From positions 6,142,110 to 6,206,109 of the forward strand of contig CM082584.2 of the NCBI GenBank assembly GCA_040954595.2: a DNA stretch of 64,000 nt, written 5' to 3'. A program made the translations under genes and the position numbers. Under the pieces are notes generated by a model that saw only the letters and a program-made list of their open reading frames with translations, was not told the origin of the DNA and searched no databases. Below, piece by piece: positions 50,941-62,000 of this stretch (the stretch's first letter is position 1; each line of letters starts with the position of its first letter). Source of the DNA: Balanoglossus misakiensis. Taxonomy: Eukaryota; Animalia; Hemichordata.

Positions 50941-53900
50941 ATGTATGTATGTATGTATGTATGTATGTATGTATGTATGTATGTATGTATGTATGTATGT
51001 ATGTATGTATGTATGTATGTATGTATGTATGTGTGTGTATGTCAGTGTGTGCTTGAATGGATGTATGGATGAATGAATGGATACGAAATTTTGAAACTTC
51101 GCAAAGTCGAAAAATTGTCACTTTTGAACGATTTTCATGAGCTATAACCCATGTTTTTATCAAAAAATGAAGAAATTTTGAACTTTCGCGAAGTGGAAAA
51201 ATTGTCATTTTTGGACGATTTTCATGAGCTATAACCCATGATTTTTTTCAAAAAATGAAGAAATTTTGAACTTTCGCGAAGTCGAAAAATTGTCACTTTT
51301 GGACGATTTTCATGGGCTATAACCCATGATTTTTATCAAAAAATGAAGAAATTTTGAACTTTCACTAAGTCGAAAAATTGTCACTTTTGGACGATTTTCA
51401 TGGGCTATAACCCATGATTTTTATCAAAAAATGAAGAAATTTTAAACTTTCGCGAAGTGGAAAAATTGTCATTTTTGAACGATTTTCATGAGCTATAACC
51501 CGTGATTTTTATCACAAAATGAAGAAATTTTGAACTTTCGCGAAGTCGAAAAATTGTCATTTTGGATGATTTTCATGAGCTATAACCCATGATTTTTTTT
51601 CAAAAAATGAAGAAATTTTGAACTTTCGCGAAGTCGAAAAATTGTCATTTTGGATGATTTTCATGAGCTATAACCCATGATTTTTTTTTTAAAAATGAAG
51701 AAATTTTGAACTTTCGCGAAGTCGAAAAATTGTCATTTTGGATGATTTTCATGAGCTATAACCCATGATCTTTTTTCTAGAAAAGCAGAAATGTGAACTT
51801 TCGCGAAGTCGAAAAATTGTCATTTTTGGACCATTTTCATGAGCTATAACCCATGATTTTTATCAAAAAATGAAGAAATTTTGAACTTTCGCGAAGTGGA
51901 AAAATTGTCATTTTTGGACGATTTTCATGAGCTATAACCCATGATTTTTTTCAAAAAATGAAGAAATTTTGAACTTTCGCGAAGTCGAAAAATTGTCACT
52001 TTTGGACGATTTTCATGGGCTATAACCCATGATTTTTATCAAAAAATGAAGAAATTTTGAACTTTCACTAAGTCGAAAAATTGTCACTTTTGGACGATTT
52101 TCATGGGCTATAACCCATGATTTTTATCAAAAAATGAAGAAATTTTAAACTTTCGCGAAGTGGAAAAATTGTCATTTTTGAACGATTTTCATGAGCTATA
52201 ACCCGTGATTTTTATCACAAAATGAAGAAATTTTGAACTTTCGCGAAGTCGAAAAATTGTCATTTTGGATGATTTTCATGAGCTATAACCCATGATTTTT
52301 TTTCAAAAAATGAAGAAATTTTGAACTTTCGCGAAGTCGAAAAATTGTCATTTTGGATGATTTTCATGAGCTATAACCCATGATTTTTTTTTTAAAAATG
52401 AAGAAATTTTGAACTTTCGCGAAGTCGAAAAATTGTCATTTTGGATGATTTTCATGAGCTATAACCCATGATCTTTTTTCTAGAAAAGCAGAAATGTGAA
52501 CTTTCGCGAAGTCGAAAAATTGTCATTTTTGGACCATTTTCATGAGCTATAACCCATGATTTTTATCAAAAAATGAAGAAATTTTGAACTTTCGCGAAGT
52601 CAAAAAATTGTCACTTTTAGACGATTTTCATGGGCTATAACCCATGATTTTTATCAAAAAATAAAGAAATTTTGAACTTTCGCGAAGTGGAAAAATTGTC
52701 ATTTTTGAACGATTTTCATGAGCTATAACCCGTGATTTTTATCAAAAAATGAAGAAATTTTGAACTTTCGCGAAGTCGAAAAATTGTCATTTTTGGACGA
52801 TTTTCATGAGCTATAACCCATGAATTTTATCAAAAAATGAAGAAATGGTGAACTTTCGCGAAGTGGAAAAATTTTCAATTTTGGACGATTTTCATGAGCT
52901 ATAACCCATGATTTTTATCAAAAAATGAAGAAATTTTGAACTTTCGCGAAGTTGAAAAATTGTCATTTTTGGACGATTTTCATGAGCTATAACCCATGAT
53001 TTTTATCAAAAAAATGAAGAAATTTTGAACTTTCGCGAAGTGGAAAAATTGTCATTTTTGGACGATTTTCATGAGCTATAACCCATGATTTTTATCAAAA
53101 AATGAAGAAATTTTGAACTTTGGCGAAGTTGAAAAATTGTCATTTTTAGACGATTTTCATGAGCTATAACCCATGATTTTTATCAAAAATGAAGAAATTT
53201 GGAACTTTCGCGAAATGGAAAAATTGTCATTTTTGGACGATTTTCATGAGCTATAACCCATGATTTTTATCAAAAAATGAAGAAATTTTGAACTTTCCCA
53301 AAGTTGAAAAATTGTCATTTTTGGACGATTTTCATGAGCTATAACCCATGATTTTTATCAAAAAAATGAAGAAATTTTGAACTTTCGCGAAGTGGAAAAA
53401 TTGTCATTTTTGGACGATTTTCATGAGCTATAACCCATGATTTTTATCAAAAAAATGAAGAAATTTTGAACTTTCGCGAAGTGGAAAAATTGTCATTTTG
53501 GATGATTTTCATGAGCTATAACCCATGATTTTTTTTCAAAAAATGAAGAAATTTTGAACTTTCGCGAAGTTGAAAAATTGTCATTTTTAGACGATTTTCA
53601 TGAGCTATAACCCATGATTTTTATCAAAAATGAAGAAATTTGGAACTTTCGCGAAATGGAAAAATTGTCATTTTTGGACGATTTTCATGAGCTATAACCC
53701 ATGATTTTTATCAAAAAATTAAGAAATTTTGAACTTTCCCAAAGTGGAAAAATTGTCATTTTCGGACGATTTTCATGAGCTATAACCCATGATTTTTATC
53801 AAAAAATGAAGAAATTTTGAACTTTCGCGAAGTGGAAAAATTGTCATTTTTGGACGATTTTCATGAGCTATAACCCATGATTTTTATCAAAAAATGAAGA

Positions 53901-54445
53901 AATGTTGAACTTTCCCAAATGGGAAAAATTGTCATTTTTGGACGATTTTCATGAGTTATAAGCCATGATTTTTATCAAAAAATGAAGAAATTTTGAACTT
54001 TCGCGAAGTCGAAAAATTGTCATTTTGGATGATTTTCATGAGCTATAACCCATGATTTTTATCCAAAAAATGAAGAAATTTTGAACTTTCGCGAAGTCGA
54101 AAAATTGTCATTTTTGGACGATTTTCATGAGCTTAACCCATGATTTTTTCGAAAAAATGAAGAAATTTTGATTTTTCGGAAAGTTGAAAAATTGCCATTT
54201 TTGGATGATTTTCATGAGCTTTAACCCATGATTTTTATCAAAAAATGAAGAAATTTTGAACTTTCTCAAAGTCAAAAAATTGTCATTTTTGGATGATTTT
54301 CATGAGCTCGAAGTTTCAAAATTTCTTCATTTTAAAAACAAAACATGTATGTATGTATGTATGTATGTATGTATGTATGTATGTATGTATGTATGTATGT
54401 ATGTATGTATGTATGTATGTATGTATGTATGTATGTATGTATGTA

Positions 54446-54524
<79 letters not shown>

Positions 54525-55036
54525 ATGTATGTATGTATGTATGTATGTATGTATGTATGTATGTATGTATGTATGTATGTATGTATGTATGTATGTATGT
54601 ATGTATGTATGTATGTATGTATCTATGTATGTATGTATCTATGTATATATGTAAGACTACATTCACCGCCCTGGTAATCTTTCGAGTGACCTACAATGAT
54701 CAGCAACATGCGACTAAAGGAAACAGCGCATTTCTTTTGACAGATTCAACGGTCTGGATTGTTCTCGGCGTTCTTTTCGGACTCATGATCTTGGCGGCAA
54801 TCGGGGTTTCCGTCTACTACTGTTTGGATTCCCGGAAAAAGAAGAAGCAAGCTGAGAGACAACGCAACCAGGTACAAGAGGTGGTGACTGCAGAGGACAA
54901 CGTTGACGCGCCGCCAACCTATACGACCGATAACGCCGCGGTTTATCCCCAACCCCAAGGTTACGGACAATCCATTCCCATGGCAACGTACCCACCGCCA
55001 AACTATCCTGCTCAACCGCCGCCCTATTCCGAATAA
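47821..55036 (+). CDS. Gene D: small type I membrane protein SP-CUB-LDLa-TM-PPxY tail (~278 aa)
   Basis: Exons 47821-47884 (MDRICSAFTALSFFAVCVHAS), 48536-48678 and 49140-49350 (CUB: CGETI...YPKYYDNNLDC...CPDYIEIYD...YCG...TDGSRVDNGF), 50632-50757 (LDLa: [36 protein letters not shown]) and 54744-55036 (TM VWIVLGVLFGLMILAAIGVSVYYCL; PPTY, PPNY, PPPY). Phases are consistent and the total is 837 nt. Confidence 0.88.
50842..51042. repeat. Compound microsatellite (GTCT)n-(GTAT)n-(GT)n
   Basis: Read directly; left flank of the 88-bp satellite. Confidence 0.95.
51085..54345. repeat. 88-bp tandem satellite, about 36-37 copies, ending in an inverted partial unit
   Basis: Unit aaaatgaagaaattttgaactttcgcgaagtcgaaaaattgtcatttttggacgattttcatgagctataacccatgatttttatcaa. 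Period measured from gaagaaa at 51169, 51257 and 51345. Lies in the last intron of gene D. Confidence 0.97.
54345..54651. repeat. Compound microsatellite (ATGT)n-(GT)n-(ATGT)n
   Basis: Read directly; right flank of the satellite. Confidence 0.95.
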
Positions 55037-55392
55037 GATGTTTTCCTGACCTACTGCGTAAATTTCCTGGACAAAACTGCCAATACATAACCCTGATTTA
55101 ATACGTCTGATTATCTTGCGCGAGTTTGTGTAGAACCATTTTCAAAGGCATGACAATTTAACCCGGATCTCGTATAGCAGCACGAGCTTCATGCGAAACA
55201 TTTGATTGGAAACTGGAGTTTATTTTATAAATGGGAATTTTAAAAAAGAAACGGTAACAAGGGTTTAGAGCAAAATAAGCCACAATTGAAAAGGTTTTGA
55301 ACGTTTAAATCACGGTGACAAATATATCACGCGTCATTGGGGAACATTTCTCATCCATATTGCAAAAATGATCCCGACACAAAACAATTGCA

Positions 55393-55603
55393 ACTACACT
55401 ACACTACACTACACTACACTACACTACACTACACTACACTACACTACACTACACTACACTACACTACACTACACTACACTACACTACACTACACTACACT
55501 ACACTACACTACACTACACTACACTACACTACACTACACTACACTACACTACACTACACTACACTACACTACACTACACTACACTACACTACACTACACT
55601 ACA
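55393..55603. repeat. (ACTAC)n pentanucleotide microsatellite, about 42 units
   Basis: Read directly; downstream of the gene D stop. It is the source of the spurious HYTTL ORFs. Confidence 0.95.
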
Positions 55604-57531
55604 CAGACAGGCCGCATGTATTTCCTTGGGGTGTTTTTACGTCCACGGATATTCCATTTCAAAACGTCGATGGGTGTCGCGTCGGCGCTATTGCTTGGCC
55701 TGTTTTCTTCTGACCAGTCTTGCCACAGAGGGCTCTATTCTAGTCTCACCAAACTTGTTAATTTGGCGGCGTGCCGACGAATAAGAACACACATTTGAAA
55801 CGAAAGTCGAAACGTCACCACATTGGAACGCGGAAAAGTAAAGGTACATTGTACATGTAAACAAATCCAGCCTCAAGTGGGGTCTCCGGCAGGGTCTGCG
55901 GCTTGAATAGTCCCATGTTAAACGCAATCAATCAAATGTGGCCGGGTGATTTCATGCACAGGGTTGACAAAACAACTACGCCTTTGTATACTGACCGCGT
56001 GATACTCGATGGCTGCCTGGAAACCATTTTGTGGCACTACTTAGTGAGTCATAAGTGTTTCAGTCGCGCGTTTCTTGGCACATAAGCGATGGCGATGTCA
56101 GTTGGTTTCATGATAAAATTATCCACTTATTGATCCATGCGAAGAAATTTACACACTCAGATGGGCTACCACTTTTTTGCACTATTTAAATGATTTTACG
56201 TTCAAACTTGAATTGGTCCATTGAATAAACTTTTCCTGATGAGTATGCCGCACAAAACGTCCTCCCCTCTGATCGTTTAAAGGGTGGACAAAGTAAATAA
56301 TACCTGGGGGAAACACACTTGTCTGGAATTAGTCTCCCATTGCAAAGTATTATTAAGTCACCGTGGTATTCGCACATGCGTATAAAGAATCTTCGCATGA
56401 TCAAAATTGTGATATCTGATCTGTCAGGCAAGGGGGGTTATGAGGTGTGAATTTAAAGTTGTTCAACTGACTCACCCACTCATTAACAAATCAAAGTTCA
56501 TGGGTCAGGCTAACAAGGGCGATGGTTTACTCCGATATCGTCCATGCAATACGGGTATCAGTTCAAGTGCTTATCATATGGTCAATGTCTTAATTTAGAT
56601 TCCGGTCAGAAGTACACACGTGCAGCCTGGGTTCATTATGTCAACAATACAATGTTTTATTTTAATGTTGCCGTAAATCGGACATAATGCAGAAAAATAT
56701 AATGCTACACTCACATGGGATTTAAATTGTTCTCAGAAGGAATTAAAGCAAATCGGATCATTTATTACCCCTGTCGTTCGCTACCAAGTTGTATACCCAT
56801 TCAACTGATTGATTAACAAAGAACGATTTACTGTAGTTGTCTACGAGGTTCAAAAGTCGTGTTTCACTAACCCCCTCCCCCCCAAACAAATCTTTGATTT
56901 ACATCTTTGCAAATCAACGCAAACCAGACAATCAGACAATGCACAAATTGCATTTGAAATACAATACAGGAAATTACGTCTCACTGGTTATAAAATGAAA
57001 AACACTTCGAAAATGTAGCTATGATGTACAGCACAGTTGACATAAAGCCAGACAGATAGGAGATTCGATAAATGTTTAATTTCCTTGGGCACTGACCTCT
57101 AATCGGATCAACGATCGGAAAATAGTATATTACTATTCTACCAATAATGTACATATTCAGGTAATGTAAAGAAATACAGTGAAAGCAAATATGATTTCTT
57201 AAACTCTGAAAATCAGCATAGAGCCACAAAAAGTTTGAAAACGGATCGAATTATAGCAAGTTTATAAAGAAGAAACAAAAACACACTTCAAATGACTTTT
57301 CTCTGTATAAAATGCAACCTGACCGGCGACTATTTACTTTTAAGTAAGAGAGTTAGATAAGTAAAAACAAAGTTTAATCTCTGGGCTTAACTGTGTGCCT
57401 CGTGAAATGACCCCATTTAAGAGGGGATTAATCATGTTAGCAGGATAAACAATTTTGGCTCCAGTAAGCATGTCATTTCTGAAGTTATTTATTATTATTT
57501 ATTATCATTTCTGAAGTTATTTATTGAATGC

Positions 57532-57822
57532 CTAGCCCAAATAAAAAAATATGTGCTGTTCCGATTACCCAACCTACCCTAATTTTAACCCACCGACCCT
57601 AAACTTTTTAGAGCTTCGTAAACCCGAAAGTAAAAATAACGATGACAAACACTAGTATACAAAATGTATGAAAATTGAGAGAATCGCGCGAGATCTATAA
57701 CGACATCGTGCGCATCACGCAAGAACTTTGACGTCACTCGTCTACACTTCGGCGGCCAGAGAGATAAAACAAAATAAAAAAAATTACCCTACCTACCAAC
57801 CCTATTTTTAAAAAACAGTACA
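57532..57822. mobile_element. Probable non-autonomous dispersed repeat (MITE-like) remnant
   Basis: Internal direct repeat attaccc-a/t-acctacc at about 57564 and 57783. The motif ccgaccctaaactt is shared with a copy at about 22076. Confidence 0.4.
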
Positions 57823-59055
57823 CTGCAATAACTTTGTCTATTTGACCTTGAATGTGTAAGAAGCAAAAGGCAAGAATATACAGAGGCATTTCTGTACAAA
57901 TGTGTGCTTCCCCTTTGGTGACCTTTTAGTATACAAATTACGCTATGCAACGTCTGAACATAATGCAAACTCTACATAAAATTCATAAAAAAACTAAACG
58001 TGCTGTGTATGAAAGTAAAAATGTATAATATCAATCTATCACTTAAAACTACTTAAACAAATTTTTAAAAAATGACAGCGTTCCAATTCAAAATAAATCC
58101 ATGAATTATTTCTCTCCAAGAAAATGATAGTAATACAGAAAAAACAATATTTCATGAAACTTTTTTTATTTACCACGTGACAGATAGAGCCGTTGCCGAA
58201 TAAAACACTAAAATTAGTAGTGTAGCTGTGTAAATGCTCCGGCAGACGACCGTCACCTAAATAAGTGACTATATGCATTGGACACAACAATACTAAAATA
58301 CTCAGCTTTCATATAATTCTTGAAACACGGTAGATTCTTTCGTTTTTGAAATCGCATACACTTAAACCTAGTATGGCTGTCAACAGAGAATGATGTAATA
58401 GCAATGCTGTCTGGATTGACAACTTGTGAAGAAGAAAACTTCGATCGTTTATTCTGATTTGGAAGGGATGGGAATAATAATCGGACTGCAGATAACAAAT
58501 TCTGTCTCACCGTTATCAAGAACCCAAATGACATTCGTGTGCTGAAATCGGGGGGGGGGGGGGGGTTATCAGTTAATTCAAAATGCAGAGTCACAAATCT
58601 ATGACCACTTCTTCCAATCTCTTGCCCGTGAAAACGGCTGATGATTTAAATTTGGACAGATAAATCAAAAGTGGATAGAATCTTCTTGGTATACTTCTGG
58701 TAATCGCCCATATGTCTATTGATATTAATACTGAGAAAATAACAAGTGTGGACAAATCATTGATATACCATGTTGAAGATTTGATTATGTTTCACACTCG
58801 TAGACGACAACACATGGTTGAACATATTATCTATGTTCAGGACGCTGTTTTAACGAGGGATTGGATGTGTTCTATCGACATGCACAGGGAATGGTTACTT
58901 ATGCGCGATTTATACTACACGTGATTTGAAGGGTGGGGCCTCTGATCGATTTAATTTCACAGGAAAGGCTCTTAACGTACGTGTATATACTTTTTCTTGT
59001 TTTAGGACTTTGTATCTCTTCGGGTAAAACTGTTTCTTTAGTCGACGGCCTCTCT

Positions 59056-62000
59056 TTAATCAATGAAGAAGTTCTTGTCTACGTCTTCATCTCTGTCGTA
59101 AAGATGGAGGAGAGATACTCTCAGACAATCTTTCTCTTGGTTTAGGGACGCAACACAATGAACACCTCTGCCGTATCTTCCAAATGTTACATTACCTTCT
59201 TCTTTTTCCTTATATTGAGATGTTTGCCCACACTGTCGCATCAACTTATTGAAGTTCGTCGAACATTTATCTGCTTTAACTTCTTGTTTATGTTTTCCCC
59301 GCCGAATAATTAAACCTACCTCCGAAGCTACCCAATTTTCAAGCCAGTATGCTTCCACACGTACAACCTCGCGGTTTTCAGACGGATGGTTTCTTTCCTC
59401 ATCCTCACCTACTCTTTCGGTGCTTGTTAATTTGAATTCTTCTGTGTACTTTGATTTAACCTCGCTACAATACTGGGCCTGTTCGCCAACGTGTCGAGTT
59501 CTACATTCATCAGAACAGAACGTCACAGCCAAACATTCTACACAAATCAGACGTTTCCTTGTTGCTGCTATTGGTTGCAGACATGTCGAGCAACCTTGGA
59601 AATCTAATGCATTTGTAGAATGCTCTTTACGACCTTCACTTCTGGGGTTGAGAGCTCGCTGATGTAGTTTACCTCCATTTGTGTCTGTTCTGTATTGAAA
59701 TTGACAGTGGTAAACATCACGCGAAGCATTTGAGGAGTACTTATTACTTTTTTCAATTGACTGGAACTTCTCTTGGGGCACATTGATTAGTTTTACTCCG
59801 ATTTTCTTGTTGTCATATACGTTGTTATCTGAAAAATCTACTTCCGTGCCACGTGATATACCTGCCGCTCGAAAGTTTTCGTAAAAACTATTTTCGCAAA
59901 CAGTGACTTTCTTGTCAGTCTGTAACTGTAAGCCGTCTCCATTTTCGTAGACATAGTTCGCACGCAATTCGCATTCTACAGCTACGTCAGTGAAAATGGG
60001 ATGAATGAGAAAGCCTACGCTCGTATTCAGAAACACAGAGCTTGAGATACAAGCAAGTTTGCTTTTGTTTGTCAATGGAAAATGCCGTATTCCTATAATA
60101 TTCTCATACAGACGACTGTTATGAATAATGGTTTCACCTCCGAGGAGCGTGAACCCGGCATGGAAATGACTGATATCACTGTTTTCTATTATACAAGTGG
60201 CATTTTGCGTTACCAAGATGCCATTGTCCGTCAACGATGGATCGCCCTGTAAACTACAATCAATCATGGCCATTTTCGATTCGTCTTTGAGAAGGAAAGC
60301 ACCCTGGACTGTCACTTCCTCATCGTCAATGTCTTCAATGCGACAAGTACAGCCATGCTTGCCGTACTCTCCGGATATGAATTCGGCTGAAGTCATGCCC
60401 TTCCCCTTAACCCCATAACGACCGTACAAGATGATTGGACATTTCGTATCATCGTGACTGTCAAAGTTGTGATATGCCGCAAGGCTTTTAGATGTTTGGC
60501 GTGAGTCTGGTAAATTAGAATGTATAACGCAGTCTTTTAATATTAAAGTACAGTCACCATCGAGCTCTATTGTATTCTCGATTTTCATTGACACTCCCTC
60601 GAGGTATATTGTAACACCACGTTTTTCACCTACTTCATTTCCATCTACGAGCTGTACCTCAGGTCGTTCATCGGACATAGCAACATAGATGTGGCCGTTG
60701 TTTAACCTGGGCATTTCTATGTTAAAGGACTCGGAGCCTTTAGGAATAAGGTGAACTTGAACATCGACTGGGTTTGGAGATTTACTAAAATACTTAGACA
60801 GTTGCTTTGCAGAACCAAACCATGAGTTGTTCTTCTGGGAATCTTTGGCGTGTACGTAAAATTCATTTATCTTTTCCCATAAAGATGTTACTGTGGACCC
60901 CTCTTTTCCCCCAAAGGAACTGGGTATTGAACCATCAACAGAGTCGGTTTTACCTTTGTCACAGTTTCCCGAACCACAGGCCCCAGCTGCGCTAATCTCG
61001 TAATGTGCATCATTTCTGACTGTTTCTTTCAGAAACGCGTCTATGTCACTGACGGATGGCATTAACCTCATAGCATTCCTTACAAGCATTGTCGCTTTTG
61101 TGTATTTGCCAGATAATTGACACACGACATGCGTAAGGTACAAACAAGTAGCTACGTCCTTATGTGCTAATTGTTTCCCAGCTACGTCGTTGAGGGCGGC
61201 AACGACACACTTGGCCACTTCAATGGCATGACACTCCAGGTTTTGGTTTACTTTTTCTCTGCGCTTTGACTTTGCTTGGGATTGTAACATTGCTCGGAGG
61301 CAATAACATAGTATTTTGCAAGCATTAACTAACGAGTCACACATCTTCTCTGGATTTTTTGACTGACGGCTTCGCCGAGACTTTCTTTCTCTCGATGAAA
61401 TGGTAAATCGACCAGAGGAACTTTTCATTCCCAAAGATTTCAGCTGTCGACGGACTTTCATTCGGTTATCTTTCACCAGTTTATATCTTTCAGGAACCCC
61501 TACCGTGCTAATAAATCCCTCAAGGAATTTATCGTAAGGTATGTCTGCGTCGTCCATCCAAACACAAATATCAATAAGCTTGTTTGATACGCTCAAGATT
61601 TGGCCTCTCTCCGTCGTTTCAGGCGTATTATTGAGAGCGTTTTGTTGGACGTTCAGCAGGGCATCCGGACTGATTTTTGTGTTACTAACTGTTTCCATGG
61701 TTTCTGATCCGGTATCGGCTTTGTAACGACGGATTTCTTGTATACAGGTTTGAACTTTGCTGTCTTTCACTGACACAACATTTTTTGCTTGTTTGAGGGT
61801 GGCGGGAACGCACCCAACTTCTTCAGCAAGTTCACGCGCGTCACAATCTGATATTGTACCTTTTGTGAGTAATTTAACAGCTTCTTTTATGTCTAATTGG
61901 GATACCTCTATGCAACCCTCCTTGCCGACATCTTTGACAAAAGTTAAAATTTCTTCCATCTCGCATTTTGTTATGACTATCATTTGGCCAACGCTGCCCT

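Noticed and set aside
51085-54345. Regularly spaced repeats superficially like a CRISPR array
   Set aside because: Units are contiguous near-identical monomers with no unique spacers, there are no cas genes, and the context is a eukaryotic intron.
54256-55798. ORFs rich in MYVC, HTYI or HYTTL repeats
   Set aside because: Translations of microsatellites; only 54744-55036 is a real exon.
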